DNA of 64,000 nt from Candidatus Yanofskybacteria bacterium RIFCSPHIGHO2_01_FULL_44_24 (GCA_001794215.1 MGJK01000012.1:4834-68833), one strand, 5' to 3'; positions 54,609 through 63,833 are shown, counted from the stretch's first letter. Notes: generated by a model not told the origin, from the letters alone. Program-made: numbers and translations.

Positions 54609-55922
54609 ATGAAGATCCTCATAAGTATCCCAAGTCCCGAATATTACAGGAACTATATTACTTCGCCGGCGCTTTCGGAAATAATCGAAAGCTGTTATTT
54701 TATTGTGCCCAAGAAAATGGCGGATAAGGATTTCGGAGTGCCTAAATCGAGGGTTGCGGTCTATGATTATCCTGCCGACAAAGAAGTTCTGCACAAACAT
54801 TTATTTCATATCAATACAGGAAAGTTTGAATCTCGAAGCACTTCCCTGAAGTTCAGATTTATGAGACTAAGCAAAAGGAGCCAGGTTCTCTATCGTATTC
54901 TTGGATTGCCGGTTATTTATGAACTGACGCGATTTTTCATCCTCTCCCGAGCGGACGATAGACGGTTATTCTCTGTAATTAAAAGCATTCAGCCGGATGT
55001 AATTTTAATGCCTTCAAGCGGGTACGAGGGGATTACTTTTGAAATTATAAAGACAGCCAAGAAGCAGGGGGTACCGACTTTGATGCTGGTAGATAACTGG
55101 GATAATTTAGTGAGCAAGACCATTTTTACCTATAAGCCTGATTTTCTTTCGGTCTGGGGACCGCAGGCGGTTAAAGATGCCGTTGAAATTCATGGAATAC
55201 CCAAAGAAAGGATCTTTCCGATCGGAACGCCGAGGTTTTTCAATTATTTCAAGAACAGATCAGAGTATCCGTCACCTTACCCCTTTAAGTATGCACTTTT
55301 TGCCGGAAATTCAACGGGTTTTGATGAGCTGTCTGCGCTTAAAAAACTCGAAGAATATATCGAGAAAAATAATTTAGATCTCAAGATCGTTTATCGGCCC
55401 CACCCAATGAGGCAGAAAAGGAAATGTCCGGATAATTTTGTTGAGAGCGAATTCAAACATGTTGTACTGGATCTCCAGGCCAAGGAATATTATAACCGGG
55501 AAAAATCCAAAACCCCTTCTGATCTTCCTGATCTGGATTATTATCCCCGGGCCTTGGCTAATATGGAGTTTATGATCTGTCCGTTATCAACCATGTTGAT
55601 TGAGTGTCTTCTTTTTGATAAGCCAGTTTTTGTTTTGGCTTATGATGACGGGATACATTTCGTAAATCCTAAGAACTTGTATAAATATTGCCGACACTTT
55701 GAGGGGATCGAATATCTTAGAAATCTCGAAATCATTCACGAGTTCGAAGATCTAACCAGGGTGTTTACGGTTGATTTTTCCAAGAAAAGAATGGAGAAAG
55801 AAATTCCTTTGAGTTATTATCTTTCAGAAAAAACACGGCACTATCCGCACCATGTGAAATTACTGGTTGAGGATATCAATGCAAAATTCAAAAATAACCT
55901 GCGGGTCGGCCCGCAGGAATGA
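54609..55922 (+). CDS. putative GT-B glycosyltransferase with HP motif (sialyltransferase / KpsC-KpsS Kdo-transferase-like)
   Basis: 437 aa. Rossmann-like N-domain (VILMPSSGYEGITFEIIKTAKKQGVPTLMLVDNWDN) and a C-domain with YRPHP (His-Pro motif as in CMP-sugar-dependent sialyl/Kdo transferases). Confidence 0.4.
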   Translation: MKILISIPSPEYYRNYITSPALSEIIESCYFIVPKKMADKDFGVPKSRVAVYDYPADKEVLHKHLFHINTGKFESRSTSLKFRFMRLSKRSQVLYRILGLPVIYELTRFFILSRADDRRLFSVIKSIQPDVILMPSSGYEGITFEIIKTAKKQGVPTLMLVDNWDNLVSKTIFTYKPDFLSVWGPQAVKDAVEIHGIPKERIFPIGTPRFFNYFKNRSEYPSPYPFKYALFAGNSTGFDELSALKKLEEYIEKNNLDLKIVYRPHPMRQKRKCPDNFVESEFKHVVLDLQAKEYYNREKSKTPSDLPDLDYYPRALANMEFMICPLSTMLIECLLFDKPVFVLAYDDGIHFVNPKNLYKYCRHFEGIEYLRNLEIIHEFEDLTRVFTVDFSKKRMEKEIPLSYYLSEKTRHYPHHVKLLVEDINAKFKNNLRVGPQE

Positions 55923-56009
55923 AAAATTATCGTAACCCGCAAAACATAGTTAGCTTTGCGAGTGTCATTAATTTTTAACTTTCATCTCTACGCTTTAATT
56001 TTCCGTACT
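55923..56009 (+). repeat. AT-rich intergenic hairpin element (family copy C, lacking left arm)
   Basis: gaaaaattatcgtaa + hairpin cccgcaaaa-catagttagc-tttgcgag + aatttttaactttcatctctacgctttaatttt, ending at ATG 56010. Confidence 0.55.
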
Positions 56010-57221
56010 ATGAATCCGCAACTTCTTCAAAAGTCAGATAACAACGAGAATGTCTTTAGAGTTACGCTACCTTACGACTTCCTTATGCCGAATATCAACC
56101 ATGACGAGCCGGCTTTAAAAAGGAAGGTAATTTTCTGGGGGACGTGTTTCGGACAACTGCCGAAAGATCTGGATATCGAGCGCTACGTCACGATGGTTAA
56201 TAAATGTCTGGATTATGTTCGGCAAGAATGTCGCGGTTTCGAGCTTTATTACAAACCGCATCCTGCCGAAAAAGACGAGTTCAAGCTGCTAAATTTAGAA
56301 TCTTTTACGTTGCTTAGCGATCCTGCCGTTGGAGAGGTTTTTTTGTGGAAAAATTGGGATCAGATAGCTTATTCGTTCTCAGTTATGTCCAATGCCACCA
56401 TATCAGCTTATGATTTCGGGATAAATTCCTATGTTTTTTACAAACTTTTTGATTCGGTTTTGGGTAGAGCTTCTTTTGAGTCTTGTGAATGGTTTTTTCA
56501 AAGTATGCCAGAAGATTTTTTTATTAAAGATTTAGGCCAGGGACTTAAAGGAAACAGGTCTCTTCTCGGAAAGGACGATTTCTTAGAGAATAAAATGAAA
56601 AATATGTTAAACAACAACAAAGAGGGCAGAATCTGGTTTATTATAGTTGAACCAGCGCTGATTACTGCCATGGTATCGCTTGTAAGCTTGATTAAACAAC
56701 TGGATCCGGCCAGAAAAACTGGACTGATTATTTCGAAGCAGAAACGGTGGAGAGCGGTAAGCATCGATGAATTCAAAAAATATTTCGATATAATCGCGGT
56801 ATTTCCAAAAATTTCCTATACTCTTAAGCTGAGTCGATTATTCGAGGCCATAAAAACAGCCCTTCAAATTAGAAGATTTGATATTAAGCCGGAAGACATC
56901 TTTATGGGGCTATCTCATAATTCTTTGGTCGAAAACTGCTTTATTTCTTATTTTTCGGAAAACAAAAAAATCGCTTTTTTTTCGGATATTTATTTCGATA
57001 TGATGTATAATTTAAGGTATGCCACCTTTTTTGCTAATAGTGATTTTAAAACAAAATTGGCGAGCAAACTTTGGGGCTTGGTTTTCGAGCCGTTGTTGGG
57101 ATTGTACCGGACCATTTATCTTCAATATGGTGACGGTCGGGTTTTGAACATAACCAGATATCGAAAGCCGATGGATAGAATATACGATGAAATATATTTG
57201 GCTCATCTGCAAAGAGGATAG
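56010..57221 (+). CDS. hypothetical protein with HP motif (possible second CMP-sugar-dependent transferase)
   Basis: YYKPHPAEKDEFK parallels YRPHPMRQKRK of the preceding protein, with similar size and architecture. The ORF finder start at 55956 lies inside the repeat; ATG (MNPQLLQK) is at 56010. Confidence 0.35.
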   Translation: MNPQLLQKSDNNENVFRVTLPYDFLMPNINHDEPALKRKVIFWGTCFGQLPKDLDIERYVTMVNKCLDYVRQECRGFELYYKPHPAEKDEFKLLNLESFTLLSDPAVGEVFLWKNWDQIAYSFSVMSNATISAYDFGINSYVFYKLFDSVLGRASFESCEWFFQSMPEDFFIKDLGQGLKGNRSLLGKDDFLENKMKNMLNNNKEGRIWFIIVEPALITAMVSLVSLIKQLDPARKTGLIISKQKRWRAVSIDEFKKYFDIIAVFPKISYTLKLSRLFEAIKTALQIRRFDIKPEDIFMGLSHNSLVENCFISYFSENKKIAFFSDIYFDMMYNLRYATFFANSDFKTKLASKLWGLVFEPLLGLYRTIYLQYGDGRVLNITRYRKPMDRIYDEIYLAHLQRG

Positions 57222-57243
57222 TGTGTAACTTATCAATATTCGT

Positions 57244-58212
57244 ATGTATACGAGCTATACAAACAAAATCGCCCACGGAATAATGTTTCATCACTTTCAC
57301 GGACGGAAGCATTATAAAGGGCAAGGTTCTTTATCGAGGGAGGGTTTCGAAAGTATTTTGAACTTTATAGGAATTGACCGGATACTTAGTCCGGCCGAAT
57401 GGCTAAGGCGGCTTGATAGCAATCGTTTACAGCCCTCGGATATCTGCATCACATTCGACGATTCTTTAATGTGCCAGTTTGATGTTGCTTTGCCAATTCT
57501 GGAGAGGTATAAGCTTAAGGCTTTTTGGTTTATTTATTCCAATGTCTTTGAAGGGCAGATAAACAAACTCGAGGTTTATCGAGCCTTTCGTTTAAAGAAT
57601 TTTAAGCATGTTGACGAGTTTTATGATGTTTTTTTAGAGAAGGTTTTTGTCTCTGAATTCGGAGAAAAAGCTAAAAAAGCAATAAGCCCAAGCGATTTAC
57701 GGCGCTACCAAAAAACCTTTCCGTTTTATTCACCGAACGACATCAAGTTCAGGTTTATCAGGGACAGGGTATTGCAACCAAGCGACTACGAGTATATAAT
57801 GGACGGCATAATAAAAGATCGTGGTGTCAAAATCGGAGCATTAACCCGAAACTTGTGGATGTCGAACGAGAATTTAAAATACTTAAGTGACAAAGGCCAT
57901 GGTATCGGACTTCATTCTTATTCTCATCCGACCAGGTTAGCCGGACTGGCATATAAAGATCAGCGGATGGAGTACGGTAAAAATTACGAGCACATAGAAA
58001 GCATTACGAGCAGACCGCCATTGGTCGCGGCTCATCCGGTAAATTCTTATGATCTGAACACCTTCCGAATTCTTGAAAAGTTAAATATTCGTTGCGGCTT
58101 TAGATCCAATATGTTTCCAGGAGAGATAACGGGGAAAATAAACGGCCATAAATACGAAATGGCCAGGGAAGACAGCGCCAATATTATTAGGATGATGGAA
58201 AAAAGTAAATGA
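57244..58212 (+). CDS. polysaccharide deacetylase (NodB/CE4-like)
   Basis: ICITFDDSLMCQFDVALPILERYKLKAFWFIYSN (TFDD motif) and a later HSYSHP His-rich motif. Confidence 0.65.
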   Translation: MYTSYTNKIAHGIMFHHFHGRKHYKGQGSLSREGFESILNFIGIDRILSPAEWLRRLDSNRLQPSDICITFDDSLMCQFDVALPILERYKLKAFWFIYSNVFEGQINKLEVYRAFRLKNFKHVDEFYDVFLEKVFVSEFGEKAKKAISPSDLRRYQKTFPFYSPNDIKFRFIRDRVLQPSDYEYIMDGIIKDRGVKIGALTRNLWMSNENLKYLSDKGHGIGLHSYSHPTRLAGLAYKDQRMEYGKNYEHIESITSRPPLVAAHPVNSYDLNTFRILEKLNIRCGFRSNMFPGEITGKINGHKYEMAREDSANIIRMMEKSK

Positions 58213-58231
58213 AATCGAAATCGCAATATCC

Positions 58232-59365
58232 ATGAAAATAAACAGTCATAATGAATGGGATAAGCTGAAAGAAATAATAGTCGGGCGGGCAGAAGGCCAT
58301 GCCCCGCTTGTTTTTCCGCACGGCTTAGTTTCTCCCGAGTTATTGGAAAAATCTGTCAAATTGGCTCGCCAAGCTTATCCCCAGTGGCTAGTTGATGAAA
58401 TTAGCGAGGACTTGGAGGGGCTTTGTGATGTTTTGAAATCTTTCGGCGCCAAGGTTTATAGGCCCGACCTTTCTCATAATAATAAATTGTTTACAACTCC
58501 ATACTTTTCTGCGGTAGGCGACCATGTTTATAATATGAGAGATCTTCACTTGGTAGTCGGCGATAATGTCATTGAGTCGCCTTCGCAGGAGCAACACAGG
58601 TATTTTGAGGCCATGGGCCTGTATCCTATTTGGTATGAGTACTTCAAAGCAGGGGGATTTAAATGGATCGCCGGTCCTAAGCCGCGCATTCCCGGAAATC
58701 ATATGGAAGTCTATACCGTTCAAGGTAAATCTCAGTACGATGATGGCCAGAAATATACTCGGCTTACCGAAGAGGAGATCTTATTCGAGGCCGCTAATAC
58801 TTTGAGAATGGGCCGGGATCTTTTATACCTTGTTTCAAGATCCGGCAATTACCTTGGCGCCAAATGGCTTCAGAGCGTTTTAGGGAGCGATTATCGGGTC
58901 CATACGACCAGTGAAATTTACCGTTCAAGCCATATAGATTCTACCGCCATGGCATTGCGTCCCGGTTTGGTTATGCTCAATGCCACTCGAGTTGATTCAG
59001 AAACGTGTCCTGCGGTTTTTAAAAAGTGGGATAAAATCTATTTTTCTGACATTGTTCCCACGCCGCAAAGAACACTCGATATTCATGAGAAAGTCAGGAA
59101 ACCGGTTCATATTGAATTAGAAAAATTGGGAGTAAAATCAGGCCTGGGATCTATCAGTTCTCCGTGGATAGGCATGAACTTTTTGTCCATAGACCCCAAT
59201 CACGTAGTAGTTGACAAGATTCAGGTGCCTTTGATGAAAATTCTTGAACAGCACGGTATCACGCCGGTACCCATATCTTTCAGACACTCTTACTTTATGG
59301 GCGGTATTCATTGCAGTACGCTCGATACGGTTAGAGAAAGCAAACTTGAAAGTTATGGCGATTAA
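58232..59365 (+). CDS. amidinotransferase-superfamily enzyme (glycine/inosamine amidinotransferase-like)
   Basis: C-terminus FMGGIHCSTLDTVRESKLESYGD closely resembles the catalytic-Cys C-terminus of AGAT/StrB1 amidinotransferases (GGFHC.T.D.RRRG.L.SY.D). Length ~377 aa is appropriate. Confidence 0.6.
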   Translation: MKINSHNEWDKLKEIIVGRAEGHAPLVFPHGLVSPELLEKSVKLARQAYPQWLVDEISEDLEGLCDVLKSFGAKVYRPDLSHNNKLFTTPYFSAVGDHVYNMRDLHLVVGDNVIESPSQEQHRYFEAMGLYPIWYEYFKAGGFKWIAGPKPRIPGNHMEVYTVQGKSQYDDGQKYTRLTEEEILFEAANTLRMGRDLLYLVSRSGNYLGAKWLQSVLGSDYRVHTTSEIYRSSHIDSTAMALRPGLVMLNATRVDSETCPAVFKKWDKIYFSDIVPTPQRTLDIHEKVRKPVHIELEKLGVKSGLGSISSPWIGMNFLSIDPNHVVVDKIQVPLMKILEQHGITPVPISFRHSYFMGGIHCSTLDTVRESKLESYGD

Positions 59366-59380
59366 ATTCAATATAAAAAT

Positions 59381-60586
59381 ATGAGTACAAAATACAAAAA
59401 AATTAAACGAGTTGAGGCGGCTACCCAGAAAACATTTAGGGAAGAAATCCCCTCTATTTATTTTTCTGATAAATCCGAAAAAGAATTTCAAAGATATTCG
59501 AATAACGCGTTGTACACCTATCGAGATTTATTTAAATTTCCACCGAAAATGTTTTCCAATGCGGATCTTATTGATTTTGGCGGGGGTACGGGAGAAAATA
59601 CCGTCACATTAGCCAGATGGGGTGCGAATTGCACGCTTGTAGACATGAACGACAAATCGTTGGCCATAGCCAGACAGGTGTTTAAGCGTTATGCCAAAAC
59701 AGGCAAACATAAATTTCAGCTCTCATCAATATTTGATTATAAATCATCTGCTAAGTATGACATTGTCCATTGTAGGGGAGTTCTAAGCCATACTGCCGAT
59801 AAAGAAGGGGCGTTTAAAAAAATTGCAGGATTTCTTAAGCCCGGCGGATTTCTGATTTTCGGAGATCCCAATAAGGCCGGAGGGTTTCAAAATATGCTTC
59901 AGCGTTTCGCCGTCTATTATCATTCCAAATCAAAGGATGATATGGTTCGGGTAAGTGAAAAACTATTCAAAGAAGATATTGATCGAAGCCAGTCATTTAT
60001 CCCTCGGACTCGAAGGTCAATAATATTTGACCGGTGGGTCATTCAAAACCAAGACGATCCATCCGTCGACGAGGTTATGAGCTGGCTGGGGGCTAATGGT
60101 TTGACCTTGTATTCAGGTTATCCGCCGTTCTCCTTCCCTTTGATCGGAGATTCCGTTCATCACCAACCCAAATTCGACATTTCGCAGGTTCAGGGGTTAG
60201 CTACTATTGCCGAAACTACCTGGTTATTGCAAAGGTACGGCGATCAGGAGAATATCAAGGACTTAAAAGAAGGTTGCTCGGAATACGCCAAGAGGTTTTC
60301 TGATTTAACCAGCTATGTAGCAAATTTCAATTCTAAGTCTGCGCTTGATAAGGCTATGTTTAATAAGTTGATTGACGCCGTCGATGCTTCTTTTAGCAAC
60401 GTATCGGTTTTAAATCCGCTGAAGGTTCGATTGTCAGAATTTACTATTGAAGCAAAACGGTTTGTACATTTAGTCCAGGCGTCTAATCTGGATGAAATCA
60501 GGAAATATATACTCTCCTGCAAGCACCTGTTTAAGGGTGCCTGTGGCGTTCGGCACGTAGATTTCATTGCTTATAAGAACGAATAG
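59381..60586 (+). CDS. class I SAM-dependent methyltransferase
   Basis: Motif I LIDFGGGTGENTVTLARWGA and post-I LKPGGFLIFG. Confidence 0.7.
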   Translation: MSTKYKKIKRVEAATQKTFREEIPSIYFSDKSEKEFQRYSNNALYTYRDLFKFPPKMFSNADLIDFGGGTGENTVTLARWGANCTLVDMNDKSLAIARQVFKRYAKTGKHKFQLSSIFDYKSSAKYDIVHCRGVLSHTADKEGAFKKIAGFLKPGGFLIFGDPNKAGGFQNMLQRFAVYYHSKSKDDMVRVSEKLFKEDIDRSQSFIPRTRRSIIFDRWVIQNQDDPSVDEVMSWLGANGLTLYSGYPPFSFPLIGDSVHHQPKFDISQVQGLATIAETTWLLQRYGDQENIKDLKEGCSEYAKRFSDLTSYVANFNSKSALDKAMFNKLIDAVDASFSNVSVLNPLKVRLSEFTIEAKRFVHLVQASNLDEIRKYILSCKHLFKGACGVRHVDFIAYKNE

Positions 60587-60591
60587 ATATC

Positions 60592-60609
60592 CACGGCCTA
60601 ACGGCCGTG
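60592..60609 (+). terminator. hairpin (terminator-like) at start of GC-rich intergenic region
   Basis: cacggcc taa cggccgtg is a perfect 7-bp stem, 6 nt after the stop. No U-tract. Confidence 0.4.
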
Positions 60610-60881
60610 ATACCCCATGTCTTCGATTTATTCTCGGGATTTGCTTTGGAAAAGAAATTCGGGGTCTATATAATTGCTTCCTCCGCCAACTGGGCGGATC
60701 CGGGTCTGACTTCATCCTCGTGCTAACGCCCGAGGTTTTCGTCGGATCAATTATAAAAAGATGAACCTATGGCGCCCCATAGGGAGCGTACTTCATATTT
60801 TTTTACCATCTATGGCGTCCTATGTCAATATAGCCATAAGCTTAAATATATTGTACATTAGTTTAGTTAATTTAACTCACG

Positions 60882-61589
60882 ATGCCATATAGATCTCAAA
60901 AGATCTTAGTGATTATTCCGGCGCGGGGAGGATCAAAAAGGTTACCCGGTAAGAATATAAAGAAGATCGGCGGAAAGCCGATGATTGCCCATGCGATCGA
61001 AGCGGCCAGGAAATCAAAATATGTCGACAGGGTAGTCGTTTCGACTGATGATAAGGCAATAGCCAGTATTGCGAAAAAATATAAAGCCGAAGTGCCATTT
61101 GTGCGTCCGGCCGAACTTGCCTCTGATACGGCGCCAACCCTCCCTGTTTTACAGCACGTTGTTAAATATGTTGAGGAAAATGATAAATTCAAGCCGGATT
61201 TAGTTGTTCTGATTCAGCCGACAAATCCGCTTGTCAGATCTGAAGATGTGGACGGAACTATAGAAACTTTATTCAAAACCAACACTAATTCCTGCTTTTC
61301 TGTTACTGAAATAAGTCAGAGGCCGGAATGGATGTATAGGATGGATAATAATCCCGCAGAACTTTTTCTAAAAGAAGAATCTGGCCCGACGAAAAGATCA
61401 CAGGAACTTCCCCGACTGGCTATCATAAATGGCACGGTTTATGTAATGAAATACGAAACTCTTATGACAAAAAATAAAATACGGGATGGCAATACGAGTA
61501 TTTATGTGATGCCCCGGGAAAGATCGGTGGATATTGATGATAAGTTTGATTTCGAGTTGGCAAAGTTTTTGTTCCAGAGAAATAAATGA
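60882..61589 (+). CDS. CMP-nonulosonic acid synthetase (NeuA/PseF/LegF family), second copy
   Basis: ILVIIPARGGSKRLPGKNIKKIGGKPMIAHAIEAA...RVVVSTDD. Paralog of 46980. Confidence 0.8.
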   Translation: MPYRSQKILVIIPARGGSKRLPGKNIKKIGGKPMIAHAIEAARKSKYVDRVVVSTDDKAIASIAKKYKAEVPFVRPAELASDTAPTLPVLQHVVKYVEENDKFKPDLVVLIQPTNPLVRSEDVDGTIETLFKTNTNSCFSVTEISQRPEWMYRMDNNPAELFLKEESGPTKRSQELPRLAIINGTVYVMKYETLMTKNKIRDGNTSIYVMPRERSVDIDDKFDFELAKFLFQRNK

Positions 61590-62626
61590 AAAAAATTATA
61601 AAAATTGGAGATAAATTTATTGGAAAAGGTTATCCGGTTTTTGTGATGGCTGAGGCCGGAGTCAACCATAACGGCAAATTAGATCTGGCGCTTAAACTTG
61701 TCGATGCGGCGGCCGATGCCGGAGCCGATGCGATAAAATTCCAAACATTCAGGGCGGAAGAGGTTGTTATAGCCGAGGGTGAGATGGCCGAATATCAAAA
61801 GAAAAATACGGGCAAGAATCAAAGTCAGCTCGCAATGCTTAAGAAATTGGAATTTCAGGAAGAATGGTATCCCAAAGTTATAAAAAGGTGTAAAGAAAGA
61901 GGCATAATATTCCTATCAACTCCTCATGGCGGTTTTGCTTCCGTCGATCTTCTTAATAAGTTTAAAGTCCCAGCCCTTAAATTCGGTTCAGGAGATTTAA
62001 ATAATCTGCCGGTATTAGAATACGCAGCTCGTCTGAATAAGCCGATAATTTTGAGTACGGGGATGGGGAATATGGAAGAAATTAAAGAAGCCGTTAAAAC
62101 CATAAGCAAAAAGGGGAACGATAATCTGATAGTTTTACACTGTACTACGAATTACCCCTGCCCTTTGGAAGAGGTGAATCTAAATGCCATGAAAACCATA
62201 GAAAAAGAAGTTGGTGTTATGACCGGATATTCTGATCATACGGCCGGGTATGATACGGCGGTCATGGCTGTGGTTATGGGTGCACCGCTTATAGAGAAGC
62301 ATCTTACTCTTGATAAAAAAATGAATGGGCCGGACCATAAAGCATCGGCGGATCCGAAAGAATTCAAAGAGATGGTGATGAAAATAAGAAATGTCGGTAT
62401 TGTCATGGGTCAAGGTAAAAAAGAGCCAACTGTATCCGAACTCAAAATGTTGCCATTAGTCAGAAAGAGCGTGGTGACACTGTCTGATATTAAGAAAGGG
62501 GATCTGTTCACCGCTCTTAACATAGGGATCAAAAGACCTGGAACCGGTCTTGCACCTAAATATCATACAGAACTGATCGGCTCAAAATCTAAGAAAGATA
62601 TTAAAGCCGGCACCCTCCTTGACTAA
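61586..62626 (+). CDS. N-acetylneuraminate-synthase family enzyme (NeuB/LegI/PseI-like), second copy
   Basis: VFVMAEAGVNHNGKLDLALKLVDAAADAGADAIKFQTF...GYSDHTAG and a C-terminal SAF domain. Overlaps the upstream gene by 4 nt. Confidence 0.85.
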   Translation: MKKIIKIGDKFIGKGYPVFVMAEAGVNHNGKLDLALKLVDAAADAGADAIKFQTFRAEEVVIAEGEMAEYQKKNTGKNQSQLAMLKKLEFQEEWYPKVIKRCKERGIIFLSTPHGGFASVDLLNKFKVPALKFGSGDLNNLPVLEYAARLNKPIILSTGMGNMEEIKEAVKTISKKGNDNLIVLHCTTNYPCPLEEVNLNAMKTIEKEVGVMTGYSDHTAGYDTAVMAVVMGAPLIEKHLTLDKKMNGPDHKASADPKEFKEMVMKIRNVGIVMGQGKKEPTVSELKMLPLVRKSVVTLSDIKKGDLFTALNIGIKRPGTGLAPKYHTELIGSKSKKDIKAGTLLD

Positions 62627-62680
62627 TCAGCATTTTTATATTACTCTAAGCGGCAGCAAATTGAAAACGGGAGAAATAAA

Positions 62681-63823
62681 ATGAAAAAAATAGCATATAT
62701 TTCAGGTACTCGAGCGGATTTCGGGTTGATGACACCCGTTCTATGGGCTATTGAAAAGAGCTCAAGATTGAATCTTCAAGTTTACGCTACGGGCATCCAT
62801 CTGATGAAAGATTTTGGTTTTACCTTTAATGAAGTCAGGAAAGAATTTCCTAGAGTGAAAAAAATAGAGGCAACCTTTAAATCGGACGACAGAATTGGAA
62901 CTGCCGGTTTCACCGGGGAGTTTATGGGCAGATTTGTGGAGACTCTGGCTGAAGACAAGCCTGATTTTCTCTTGGTTCTTGGCGATAGGATCGAGATGCT
63001 GTGCGCCGCTGTTGCCTGTCTTTACCTCAGGATCCCGGTCGGCCAACTTCACGGAGGAGATAGGAGCAGTACCGTTGATGAATTGGCTCGCCATGCAATC
63101 ACTAAGCTTTCGCATATTCACTTTCCGGCGACCGTAGATGCTGGTGAAAGAATAAAGAAGATGGGTGAGGATGATTGGCGGGTACATGTTGTCGGCGCCC
63201 CGGCTTTAGACATTATTTTGAACAAGCAGTTGCCTACGCGGGAGGAACTATTTAAAAAACTCGGGCTGGATCCGAAAAACAACGTCATTTTAGTCACCCA
63301 ACATCCGGTGAGCGAGGAAATAGAAGATGCCGGATTCCAAATGGAGGAGACTCTATCGGCGGTGAAGACATTCAATCTGCCCGTGGTTGTGACTTACCCT
63401 CATGCCGATGCCGGCGGAAGAAAGATTATCGAGGTTATAGATCGAGAAAAGGGCAATTCTCAATTCCGAATTTTTCCTAGCCTGACTTATAAAGATTTCT
63501 TAGCTCTTGAAAGAGAGTGTGCGGTTTGGGTCGGAAATTCCAGCGGGACGATGATCGAGTCATCTTCTTTTCAAACCCCCGTAGTTGAGGTGGGTGAGCG
63601 TCAGAAGGATAGGGAACATGGCGATAATTTGATAAAGGTCGGATATGACCGCAGAGCGATATCGGCTGCGATAGATAAGTCGCTGAACGACAGAGAATAC
63701 CTGCTCAAATTAACCAAGATAAAGAATCCTTGGGGCGACGGAAAGACCGGTCCGAGAGTCGTTCAAGTGCTCGAAGATTTAAAAATCGATTCCAGATTGT
63801 TGAATAAGCAGATCAGCTATTAG
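62681..63823 (+). CDS. UDP-N-acetylglucosamine 2-epimerase (hydrolysing), NeuC/LegG-like
   Basis: ISGTRADFG...LVLGDRIEMLCAAVACLYLRIPVGQLHGGD is the NeuC pattern (GDR.E and HGG motifs). Confidence 0.8.
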   Translation: MKKIAYISGTRADFGLMTPVLWAIEKSSRLNLQVYATGIHLMKDFGFTFNEVRKEFPRVKKIEATFKSDDRIGTAGFTGEFMGRFVETLAEDKPDFLLVLGDRIEMLCAAVACLYLRIPVGQLHGGDRSSTVDELARHAITKLSHIHFPATVDAGERIKKMGEDDWRVHVVGAPALDIILNKQLPTREELFKKLGLDPKNNVILVTQHPVSEEIEDAGFQMEETLSAVKTFNLPVVVTYPHADAGGRKIIEVIDREKGNSQFRIFPSLTYKDFLALERECAVWVGNSSGTMIESSSFQTPVVEVGERQKDREHGDNLIKVGYDRRAISAAIDKSLNDREYLLKLTKIKNPWGDGKTGPRVVQVLEDLKIDSRLLNKQISY

Positions 63824-63833
63824 CAAATTAAAA

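Noticed and set aside
60470-60764. Two overlapping ~65-80-aa ORFs in the 60.6-kb GC-rich spacer
   Set aside because: Arg/Pro/Gly-rich composition-driven frames without starts or RBS. The region is more consistent with non-coding structured sequence.
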